In this document: positions 12,095 to 23,477 of the stretch, piece after piece | Position numbering within the stretch: the stretch's first letter is position 1 | Layout: each line of letters starts with the position of its first letter | Source: Amphiscolops sp. MND2022 | Lineage: Eukaryota | Direction: 5' to 3' | Assembly: GCA_964187785.1 (NCBI GenBank) | Contig: OZ076409.1 | Coordinates: forward strand, 36,644,001 to 36,708,000 | Length of the DNA: 64,000 nt | Program-made: the position numbers and the translations under genes | The notes under the pieces: generated by a model | Seen by the model: the letters and a program-made list of their open reading frames with translations, nothing else | Database searches by the model: none | What the model was told of the DNA's origin: nothing

Positions 12095-14979
12095 TTATTA
12101 TTTTCATATGGGAAAGGAAAATATTTAAATCAAAAGGTTTTTTTTACAAAATTTGCCAAGCATCTAATTTATATTTAACTTTAAGGGTAGGCTTTTCCGA
12201 TGAGTTTTTTTTCAGTTTTCGAAGTGAAAATGTCTCAAATTAATACCGAAAATGACGAAAAACCCAAAGTCTTCAAATTTTCAAAGTTTTATTGCATTTT
12301 TTGTTAGGGTTTCGACAGACTTCGTGAATTGGAATGTTTTGAAGGGTCAACAAGGAACAAGTTGGTTGTCCAGTAGTCTTTTATGAAGAGATAACAGCGA
12401 TGATCTGAATGGAAAAGTCTCAAATTGACACCGAAATTGACAGAAATCTCAAAAGTTTACAATTTTCAAGGGTTTTGTGCATTTTTTTCCAAACTTTTGA
12501 CGGACTTGGTGGATTGGAACGTCAGAAAAAGTCAACACGGAAGGAATGTGTTGTCCAGTAGGCTTTTTTGAAGAGTTTATTCAGTGTAAAAGTTTCAAAT
12601 TGACACCGAAAATGACAAAAATCCTAAAATTTTCCAGTTCTCAAAAATGTCAAGCATTTTTTCCCAAATTTTCGGCCGACTTCGTAAACTGGAACGTTGA
12701 AGAGAGTCATCAAAGAAACAATGGAAAGAATGTGTTGTCCAGTGTGCTTAGAAAAGAGATAAATGCACTTTTTCCAGCGAAAACTGTCCGGAATTGACTT
12801 CGGAAAATACACAATTTAGAAATTTTTCCGATTTTCACTATTTTTGTTCGCTTTTAGGGCGCCTACTAGACTGATAGACATCGTAGACAAGAATGTTAAA
12901 ACGCCTAAAACATGGGCAATTTGTTTTGTTGGTGAGCTTTCGTCACGAGATGAGTTCAATTTGTGATAGAACAATGCCAAAAATTGACCCTGAACTGTCG
13001 AAAAATTTGAAGTTTTTGTCATTTTGATGCATTTTCTGTACAATATCCGAAAAATTTCGTTTGAAGTTTCCAACACAATCAACTCAACTAGAAAAGAACG
13101 TACTTTGCATTTAATTCTCTGAAGAGAACGTTGCAGCGTTTTGCTTCAAAAACACTTCAGAATGACTCCAAAGCAGTCAAAAAATTTTAACATCTCTGTT
13201 TTTGTGCAACTTTTGTACTTTTTCAATCGTTTTGGAGTGACAATAATGGCAAACGTTCAACAAAGACTGACCTCATTATCCAGTAGGCGTTTAAAATGAT
13301 ACTTACCGACTTTTGTTGGAAAATGTCTCAAAATTGACCGCGAAAAAACGAAACTGTCGAAATTTTTGTCAATTTCCGTCAGTTTCAGTGAACTATTTTT
13401 TCAGATTGGAAAATATCGGTAGAACAAAAGCTTCGAAAAACTCCAGATGACAAAACTAGGTCCGAAGCACTTGTCTCGGGAAAAAATTGCTTATTTTATG
13501 GTCGAAAGTTTCCTCAGAATGACCCAAATATTGGAAAAAAAATTTCAAGTTCTTTTTACAATTTTAGGCAATTTTCTGTACACTTTTTGAGCTACTTCCT
13601 TGCATAAAATGGTTTAAAAATTCAACAATGACTAATCCGGGTATCTCTAGTAAGCAGTTGTGAAGATATATTTCATTTTTTGGTGGACTCGGCTTAAAAA
13701 CACCCAAAAACCCAAAACTCGATGAAAGAACAAAAAAGCACGTTTTTAACAAAATGATCCAAATTTTTGTTCAAAACGGATGAAACAGTGAGGTATTCAA
13801 AACGCAAATGGGCAAAAGTGGGATGAAGTTCATCGCGTTTACAACAAAGGTGTCAAAGTTTCCGAACTTTCTTTATTCTTGACAACATAGTCCCAATTTT
13901 GGACCCTTTCCGAAAACTTACTTCAATCAGAAATTCCTTAGGCTCACAATTGAAACGTGTAGCTACCGGTAGTGTTTCGAAAAGATATCAGACATATTAA
14001 TTTGCCCAAGTTTCAAAACTTTTTCTTGAAAACGTAAATTTCGAACTCGTTTTTCCAGTATTCAATATACAAAAAAACTGCAAACAGAATCACCAGATAT
14101 GGAGTACACCTTCGAAAGGAAGATGTTCGGAGGTACTTCGTGGGCTGAATGGTATTAACATTAAACAGTAGCCAAACTCGGTGTGCAGTAGGCCTAACTT
14201 TGAAGTAACATCTGTAGATTAATGTTGGAAAACTTCCTCAAATTGACCCCAAAGTTGTCCAAACAATTTCCAACTTTTAACACTTTTGGTGAAACTATGT
14301 GCAATAATATAACAAACCCGGATCGCTGAACTTTTCTAACTTTGCCAAAGACCCAGTTTCAAGCTTTTACCATTTCCGGAGTGCCAAAATTTACCTCAAG
14401 AAATACGCCTGACACAAGGGAACCACTTTGTGACCAACAGGAATCACAATAAATCTATTTTTTGATTTTTTTTCTGGTAAAATTCTCTGATGGCGAAGCG
14501 AGTTTCAGCTCGCAAAACTACATGTCTCAAGCCGAAGTCAGTTATGAAAGCAAGGGGGTACTCTTTGACCAAATGAAAGTTCGGAAAGACGCACAGATTC
14601 GAAAAAGAGAAATGTGGTAATTTCCACAATCAGGAAGAAACCTCGTCAGTTCCATATGATCAAAAGTAACAAAGAAGTCACCCTCAAGACTCGGGAAACT
14701 TTCCTTCACAGAAAACCTCAAAAATTAAAAATTACAGAAAATGTTTTTCAAAAAAGTTTTTGAAAATTTTCTCGGGGAGTCGCATTGTGAAAAGTGGCCA
14801 GCTATCGCAGAAATTATATTTCAGGGGTTTCCTTTCAAATGGGCTAAAATAAATCAAAGTTTTCCTTTCTTGGAACTTTGCGTTTTTAAAGTGCATTGGC
14901 TATTCTTGAGCCTCAAATTTATTTAGTTGTTTCACAGTTTGGGGCGGAAAGTATCTCGCTGCTCAGCGGGCGTCTTGTT
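12095..14979 (+). mobile_element. Family B Helentron-like element, second copy; related degenerate sequence extends upstream to ~10480
   Basis: Colinear similarity to 6780-8912; same 3' end GCGGAAAGTATCTCGCTGCTCAGCGGGCGTCTTGTT. Extra isolated 3' ends at 15172-15207 and 23093-23129. Confidence 0.7.
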
Positions 14980-15325
14980 ATTGAACGCTTCATGCGCAGG
15001 TTTCTGTAGAATGAATATCCATGGATTTCAATAACAATAATTCTACTAAACATACTTTGATTGGGGGAAGCAGTCGTTTAGTGTTTGTAAAGCAAAGCGT
15101 AAAATGAATTGAAAGGTGTACAATTTTCACTCTTGAGCTTTAAGAACATATCGTAGCTATTTTATGTCAGTGCGGAAAATATCCCGCTGCTTAGCGGGCG
15201 TCTTGTAATAGATCTCTTTGGTGAGTTCGAGTGGTTTTTAAAAAAATTAGAAAAAAGACCAACCAAAAATCATCATAATAGTGAATCTTTATTCCATATA
15301 AAAATTGGAATTAATACAAATTGCC

Positions 15326-16757
15326 GATTACCAGAAATTTCGTCGTCGGAAATTTCGTCGCAAGAAGTTTCGTCGTCGGAAATTTCGTCGTCGGTGATTA
15401 CGTTCTATAAAACGTCGCATTTTCTTTAATCTATTAGGAATCGTCTTTTTGTTGAGCCTTAATAATTATCGATAATTGTGCAATAATTACTATCATTGAC
15501 TACTTTTTGTTATGGTTTTGAGAAAAAGATTACCAGAAATTTCGTCGTCGGAAATTTCGTCGCAAGAAATTTTGTCGTCGGAAATTTCGTCGTCAGAAAT
15601 TTCGTCGTCGGAAATTTCGTCGTCGGTGATTACGTTCTATAAAACGGCGCATTTTCTTTAATCTAATAGGAATCGTCTTATTATTGAGCCTTAATAATTA
15701 TCGATAATTGTGCAATAATTACTATCATTGACTACTTTTTGTTATGGTTTTGAGAAAAAAAGTTTCGGACCTTATAACTCCCCATATACACGTTTTTTGT
15801 TATCCCCCCAACACGAAGTTGTTTCGACACTTAAAGCAAAAATTTCCATTACCAAAGGATTTTTTGATAATTTTCTGACAAAAAAACAAAAATTCCCCCT
15901 GGCGCAAGCTTGAATTGTATTGTAAAGCCCCGGTAAGTAGTTCCACTGAAAATATAGTAGGACTGAAAATATACTATTGCTCAAAAAGCGTCTTGATGAG
16001 TTGATTGAATGCAATTAACTTTTTGACTCAATTTTGGTGTCAATATGAAACTTGTTCTTAAGATCTCATTTTAATAATTAAGTAATTGTTTAATTAAAAT
16101 GATATCTTCTGGTGAACGCTGTATTCTAATCAATACGACGAAATTTCTGATGACGAATTTTCTGACGACGAAAATTCTGGATTTGCTAATACGACGAAAT
16201 TTCTTACGACGAAATTTTTGACGACGAAATTTCTGGCGACGAAATTTCCGCCTCCCGAGAAAAAAGTTTCGGACCTTATAACTCCCCATATACACCTTTT
16301 TTGTTATCCCCCCAACACGAAGTTGTTTGAAACACTTAAAGTATCCATTACCAAAGGATTTTTTGATAATTTTCTGACAAAAAAAAACAAAAATTCCCCC
16401 TGCGCAAGCTTGAATTGTATTGTAAAGTCCCGGTAAGTAGTTCCACTGAAAATATAGTAGGACTGAAAATATACCATTGCTTAATAAGCGTCTTGATGAG
16501 TTGATTGAATGCAATTAAATTTTTGACTCAATTTTGGTGTCAATATGAAACTTGTTCTTAAGATCTCATTTTAATAATTAAGTAATTGTTTAATTCAAAT
16601 GATATCTTTTGGTGAACGCTGTTATTCTAATCAATACGACGAAATTTCCGACGACGAATTTTCTGACGACGAAATTTCTGGATTTGCTAATACGACGAAA
16701 TTTCTTACGACGAATTTTCTGACGACGAAATTTCTGGCGACGAAATTTCCGCCTCCC
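15326..16757. mobile_element. Foldback-like element with 15-bp subrepeats and XXYY internal duplications
   Basis: Left blocks of (GAAATTTCGTCGTCG)n and right blocks of its reverse complement (CGACGACGAAATTTC)n. A ~200-bp unit starts at 15326 and 15528; a ~500-bp unit starts at ~15755 and 16257. Confidence 0.65.
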
Positions 16758-16994
16758 CAAATTGCCATATGGAAGCCACTCACAGAGACCTGTGGCTTAA
16801 TGTTTCAGTTAACGCAAAATCCAGTCATCCATAATGCAAAAACTTTTTGACTGATAAGTTGTTCTTTGAAATCTAATTCAATCTAATCTTAGAATTGAAG
16901 GCTTCAATTAACTGTATCAAGTACAATCCATATCAGGTTTTGTGGCAGATAACTAAAAGGCGCTTACTCTTCATTGTAGCGTCTCTTCTTTCAG

Positions 16995-17120
16995 ACTGTT
17001 GGTAGTGCCGAAGCCGTGGGAAAAAAGCTACTATGCAGCGAGGAACAGCATGATAGCCGAATTGAATGTGGTCAACCCCTGTATGAACCAGGTCTTGAAC
17101 ACATGGTACCAACACTACGA
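16995..17120 (+). CDS. DNAH7: DNAH7-like exon (LLVVPKPWEKSYYAARNSMIAELNVVNPCMNQVLNTWYQHY)
   Basis: Matches the recalled DNAH7 segment EILPKPWRKSF...HLNAMNPTMLAVLDLW. TTTCAG acceptor, GTAAGT donor. Not in the supplied ORF track in this frame. Confidence 0.88.
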
Positions 17121-18044
17121 GTAAGTTCATGTCATCTTTCATCACGTTTTGCCGTGATCAGCTTTCGTGCTTTCCTCATTCTACATGGCCTTGGTCATAC
17201 GTCATAGCAGTAGTATTACGATTTTACTGCCAGAATATTTTTTCACTTTAAAAAGAAATGGAAACGAATGGTATTACCAATTCAACGTAAAATTTACGTT
17301 GAATGAGTAAATCAAATTCCCAATTATTCAACCAAAAACGTCTTTGGTATTCAACTTTTGCTTCAAACAACCGTATACGCATTAATTTTTTTCATGTTTG
17401 TTATTTATTCATAAATTGTTGATTATTTAGTCATAACATGGTCCTGAATGAAGGAAAAAGTGTCAATTTCATCGACATATAAAAAACTGCACTTTCATGA
17501 TAGAAACCGGAATGGATTTGATATGAAAGGGTGAATTTCAAACAGCTAATTTTTTTCTTGATTATGAAACTGATATGAACATAATAAACTTTCAAAGGTA
17601 GCAATTAATGCTAGTTATAAATAAGATCACTGAATTCTATTTTTATTTTCTTTGATTCTTTCTCCTGGTGAAATTTCCTTCGCTTGTATGAATCTTGAAA
17701 GTTTTAGTTCATTCTATTTCAACACATCATAAAGAACGCACCAAAGTTACGATGCATTTTGGTCTGATTATGAGATTATTGGAAAGAATTGCGTTAAACG
17801 CAAGTAATATTTCAAGGAAGAAATCACTATTTTAATGAGCTATAAGCACTTTAAGCAATATATGCACCTAAACAGCTTCGACGTGACATCATTATGTAAT
17901 AGAACTTTTGTTATGTCAAACTAGATCATTCATCGAAACAATATATTGACCTGAAAGAGCAGCTTCCAATGTCACTTGGTTGACCTCTTAGGGTCAAGCT
18001 TCTCATCTGAAAGGGCCATGACTACAGTTTGCTGACATGAAAGG

Positions 18045-18352
18045 TTAAAGTGCGACCTGATACATTCCGCTGGAGATGAGAAACAAAAGTAAAAACATGA
18101 TCTGTCCCCCTGTGGAATAAACGACTGAGTAGAGGGCGGGCCAGAAATGGGCGCTGATGAAACAGATCCAACAGAGACAGGTGAGAAAGTGTAGGGAGAG
18201 CTGTCTGACGATGCGCGGGAAATACTCCTTCTCGAAGGTGATGGCAGTGATGTGTTTCCACTGCTGGGGCTTGTCTATCATCTGGTACCTCGTGTTCAGG
18301 GCACTCAGAATTGACATCACCGACATTATGCTACCTGCTACCAGCAACACGA
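18045..18352 (-). CDS. Nested 7-TM gene, last exon (IVLLVAGSIMSVMSILSAL...FLTCLCWICF...FLISSGMYQVAL*)
   Basis: TTTTTCAG acceptor in phase 1, three hydrophobic segments, TAA stop. Confidence 0.75.
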
Positions 18353-19491
18353 CTGAAAAACAACAAACAGTGACAATTCATATCTGTTCAGTCCTGTACT
18401 TCACAGTGTTATATTTTGTGGCATCTAATGACGATAAGAAACAAGGTAGAAAAAGTTCTTTGTAAAATATAACGACAAAGGCTGGAAATTTCTCCGCAAA
18501 AGAAGCTCTCAAATTTTAAAGGAATTGTTATCAGTAAAAACGTAGTGTGACTGCCTAGAAATTTGTCGAAACCGTACGGCAATATTTTTTTTGTCTTTTA
18601 AGGTGTAACCTTACAACGAAAGTTTTAGCTTAGTGTTCAATTTGGGAGAGCACAAAAACCACCCGCTCAAGGTTAAAAAAACATTTTTTTTAAACATGCA
18701 AAAAGTTGCGCACGAGACTGGAAAAACAGCTTTTTCCCCAACTGGAAACATCAAAAAAGTGAATTTTTGAAAAATTAATATTTTTCAAGAAAACATTTTT
18801 TCTTCGAAAAAAGTCCCATCGTGCCGAAAAAGGAGCTTGGAGCTTGCCAAACGCTTTTTTGGTCGAAAACATTCATTAAAAGGGAGGGGTACATTTTGAT
18901 CAGTTGAAATTTTTTTCGAAAAAAATTGCACTGTGCCGAAAAAAGCCGTAGGTCTTTTTCGCAATCATTGAGAGAATTCATCAGTTCCACAGGATCAAAA
19001 AATAATGGGAGACTACACTCAAGACTTGGAAAAATATTCCTTCACAAAAACCTCAAAAAACGAAAAAAGGCGGGAAACATTTCGAAAAATTTTTGATATT
19101 TTCAATATTTTAAACAATTGTCGGTAAGTTCATAGTACTGAAAAAACCCTGAAATGGAGGGTGTTCGGTTTTAAAAAATTCAAAAGGTCGCATAAATTCG
19201 AGAAACCCAAAGGGTCTCTCCTCTACATTTGCAAGCATACAAATTTCGATTTAGTGCGAGACTCCAACCCCACGTTTTCCTGCTTCTCAGACCTCGTCCC
19301 ACCTTCTCAGAAATCCTAATTAACCTCCAGGTCAAGTGGAAGTTAGAAATCACGTAGGTAACTAGTTTACTAATATAAGATGGTACTCATAGAAATCTGT
19401 CAGTTAGCTTATCTTAAAAAGCCTTTGCTTTAGTCGGGTCTTCTTTTCGAGACGCTCCGACTGAAAGGTCAAAAAATGTTATTCTGTTCAA

Positions 19492-20242
19492 TTTTTAGTC
19501 GGCGCTTCATTAAGTGAAACGCGACTATTATAGTGACTCTTTTTTCTTTTTTTTTCAATCCGAACGAACTGGCCAAAATAGTTCTTAAAAGTTCTACAAA
19601 ATATTATTGCACCAAATTGCACCATTTGGCCTAGCGAACTGAACCAAAAAAGTTTTTCCTGTTTTTCCGCGTAACATACCATACCGGGCGAGACCAAAGG
19701 GTCCCTCTTTTCAAATTTTTTCGGCACTGCGAGACTTTTTCTCGGAAAAATTTTTTCCTCGAAGGGGCCCCCTTCAATTTTTCTGCTGTTTTGCTACAGA
19801 ATGGATGTTGGAAAATCCCAAAGGGTCCACCCTTTCAGTTTTTTTGGCACTGTGAGAATTTTTTATTAAAAAATTTTCTCTCCAAAGGGCCCCCCTTTCA
19901 GTTTTTGGGCACTCTGAGACTTTTTTTCTAAAAATATTTTCTCTCCAAAGGGTCCCCCTTTCAATTTCTTTGATATTTTACAAACAACAGAATGGGTGTT
20001 TAAAAATCCCGAAGGGTCTCCCCTCTGTTTTTCGGCACTGTGAGACTTTTTTTTTCGAAAATTCCCCTTTCAACTGCGACAAAAATGCTGACAATTTCAG
20101 AAGTGTCTCCCCTTTTAGCGCGCCACTCGGTCTATTGTTTTTGGTTTTTCGATTTTCGAGTACTGTAAATTTACACTTGGAAGTCCTTTTGCTATTTTTG
20201 AGCCTTGGATATGGCGCGGATTTGGGCCGGTCCCGGCTTGTT
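19492..20242 (+). mobile_element. Family A Helentron-like element, full copy
   Basis: 5' TTTTTAGTCGGCGC...GCGACTA; 3' GGCGCGGATTTG-GGCCGGTCCCGGC-TTGTT. Reverse complement of the 2821-3467 copy. Confidence 0.8.
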
Positions 20243-21380
20243 GATATTTCAATGCAAATTTCATTCACTTTCTGGACGTGTTTGTAAGTGTTACTATATA
20301 CAAGGTTTGAATATGCCCACTTAGCACGCCTTTCAAGAACGATAGATACGATGTTCGTCTCATTGAAAACCCTCGAAATGCTAAAAAATGCAACTTGTGA
20401 GCTTCTGACCTTTTTATGCATTATGTTCAATTTGTGGATGGTTTGGTAGGTTTCACTATACAGAGTTCAAAGACTGAGTAAGAACCTTTTTGGCACGTTT
20501 ATGAAAAAAGTCGGAAGTTTGTTTCACAGCACTGCTTCGAATTTCCAAAAAACAGCGAGAATTTTCAAGCTACCTTGGTATAATTCGTACATTTTCCATG
20601 GGTATAAACATCCGCCGAGTTTTAAAAAAACTTGAGTGCCCAAGCAAACAGTTCCGGAGAAACACTTTGGTTTGCGTGAAATCATCCAAAATATTTCATT
20701 TTCCTACTGTTCATGCATCTCTGTTTTCTATTGTTTCATGATTTTATTTCAAATAATTCAAAATTTTTTGTCTGTTCGGAAAATCAAAACATGATTGGTG
20801 AAGCGTTTAACTACTTCGCATAGTTTTGAAAAGAGAAATGAATATTTTTTTCCAAAAAGTGCATGAATAAGCAAAACAATTTTTAGATCTTTTTGGCAGT
20901 TTTTGAACAGGTTGTGGATATTTCCGTAAGTATGAAATTTTAAATTGTTCCGGCATGTGGTAGTGGTAGAGCAAAGGGCCTCCCCTGAATTAAGCTTCGA
21001 ATCTCTCTCAACTCGAAAATGTTGTGAGCAATCTCTTTGCCTTTAGCTCAGTAGTTTGGTTATGAAAAAACGCATTGACATCAAAAATATAAAGATCAGC
21101 GGCGAACAACCAGGTCTTTCTGAGTTTGAGTAAGTCGTGCAATGGTGGAATGAACTTCCTTCTTCTTTGTTACCATCTATCGACTGTTTGTTTGCAATTT
21201 TTTCATTAGTTTTCCATGTTTTGTTGGTATGAGTATCTAGAAAGTTCAACAAAATTAATAGTTTTTAGCCTTGACATGTTCGAAAAAAATTTCGTCAAAA
21301 AGATGAAACTAAAAGTGCCATGATCAACCGAAAAGTGTCAAAGTTGTCGGTTTTTTTTTAAAATTCTCAATTCCCGGGTT

Positions 21381-22959
21381 CCCCGACCAAGCCGATCATA
21401 ATCTGACCATATTATGGCACCATACAAATCATACAAATTTCCTTACTATGATCTTGCCATGATTGGCCTGGAATCATATATGGTCCAGAGTATGGTCAGT
21501 CTGAAACCATAAACTTTTATGGTCCAGTATGGAACCATATATGGCCCAGAGTATGGACAGCCTGAAATCATAAATGGTCCAGAGTATGGACAGCCTGAAA
21601 TCATAAATGGTCCAGAGGATGGACAACCTGAAATCATAATAACCTAAAAGTTCAATTATAATCAGATAATTGTCGGACATGGCAACCACTTGTGCACAAA
21701 GTGCACAGAAATTTGTTGCCGAGGTCCTTATGCTGTATTTTTAGGGAGGCACTCAGCTCGTGAGATACATAGTATCGCACTTGACGAGACCCACGACAAG
21801 AACGTGGCCTTCTTCGGGTCTCAAAAAAGTAAAGCACAATAGGCTCCAGGGGTTTGGTACTGCAGTGAATTCCCAAATCGAGTTTATAAAAGTTTACCAA
21901 TATCATGGTAGTTGATACATTTGAATGACTCTGGAACCTGTTTTATTATAGCCAAAAATTTCTTCAACAAATTGCAAGTCATAAGGTCATACATTGACAA
22001 CGATAGATTGGAAGCAATGAAAGCTCCTGGTTATCCTATACTGCAGTGAAATCTTGAATCGAACTTAGATTAAGTTTACCAGTATGATGGTAATTGATGA
22101 AATTGAATGACTGGAAAACCGGTTTTATCATGGCCGAAGAACTTTTTAAACTGCAGGTCATAAGTATCTATTTTGAGAACTTCTCGAAACGAGTACTCCC
22201 ATCAAGCTGCAAATGGTCTTTTCTGAGCCTATATACCATACTATTCGAAGAAAAACGTTTCTCCTTCTTTTCAACAGTCCCATGTCTCGAATTTCACAAT
22301 AAAAATACACCTAAACATTTTTTAGAAAAAATTTACGGGTCGAGCGGGTCTAGAGTTCATGGTAGGGCCCGCCTACGGCAATTCACCAGCTGGGTTGAGG
22401 ATTGAACCAATTAACAGTGTATTTTTGACTAAAAGTGTCACTTTAGTGATGTAGCAAGAAAAAGGTAAACGCAATTGAAAAGAAATCGTACAAAGTCTAG
22501 ATTTCCAAAAGTGCCCTTAAACGCGAGTTGGCCATTGCATGGAGCTTCTAGAATGGAGTATATGTGATCTCAACTAGAAGTTTGCACTTCGGTGACTTTG
22601 ACAGCTGTTGACAGGAAAATGTCGATTTTTTTCATGAAACTGAATTAAGATGCAAAGTAGCCACAAATTTATCCTTTTTTCCTGACATTTCTCAAGTTTT
22701 TAATTGTCTCGGGAAAGGAAAAAGTTCCACATATTGTTTCAGACCGATCATTGTCTGAACCATATATGGCCCAAAATATGGTCAGGCTGGAATCATAAAC
22801 TTTGCTTTTTTATGGTTCCAGGTTGATCATAGACTGGACCATATATGTCCAGAGTATGGTTAGCCTGGAACCATATACATTTATGGTCCAGAGTATGATC
22901 AGCCTGGAATCATACCGTGAGTATGATGGCAGATTATGATTGACCTGTTTTTGTATGGG
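21381..22959. mobile_element. Degenerate TIR/foldback element with 30-bp tandem subrepeats in both arms
   Basis: ATATATGGTCCAGAGTATGGxCAGCCTGGAAxC units at 21470-21640 and 22755-22915. Terminal TCATAATCTG.CCAT has its reverse complement near 22925-22940. Confidence 0.5.
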
Positions 22960-22975
22960 AGGGAAACCCGGAGGG

Positions 22976-23089
22976 AAACTATTTCAATAAAAACATACTT
23001 TTAGGCTCGAGCGTAGCCGGTAAAATACGGAATTCCGTATTTTACCGGCTACGCTCGAGCCTAAAAGTATGTTGTTATTGAAATAGTTT
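22976..23089. repeat. Near-perfect palindrome, 114 bp
   Basis: 57-bp arms, no spacer, centre GAATTC, one mismatch. Confidence 0.95.
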
Positions 23090-23302
23090 GGTGCGGAAAA
23101 ATATCCCGCTGCGCAGTAGCCGTCTTGTTGAAGTTCCCCAACAGTCTGCCATCTCGTTTAGATGTTTTCGTCTTGAGAACTTTTCAAAGATTCCAAAATT
23201 TCACGCACAACTTTGACTCATGAGGGCTTCAGAAAAATCACGATCAAGCCTCGAATGAAATTTCAGTTGATGCTCCACCTGATGTGAATAAGAGGTACTC
23301 AC

Positions 23303-23477
23303 TGAACTTTCCGTAGGAGGAGTAATGTCTGGGGATGCGCTGAGCGGCCAGGCAAATGGCAGATGCCTCCTCGTTGTTGCTGATTTGGTTCTTCAGTCCG
23401 TAGTTGTTTGACATGGTGAAGGTGGACTCGGCCAGAGACAGAACTATCATCACTTTCACTATTTGCTTGTGACTCAC
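23303..23477 (-). CDS. Nested 7-TM gene, exon 3 (VSHKQIVKVMIVLSLAES...ICLAAQRIPRHYSSYGKF)
   Basis: TTTCAG acceptor (phase 0) and A|GTGAGT donor (phase 1); one TM plus a Cys-containing loop. Confidence 0.75.

Noticed and set aside
16071..16850. ORFs with RRQKF / TTKFL repeats
   Set aside because: Products of the 15-bp foldback subrepeat.
21446..21689. Repetitive ORFs (MISGCPYSGPF)n and (IYDFRLSILWT)n
   Set aside because: Translations of a 30-bp tandem repeat inside a TE-like element; no splice context.
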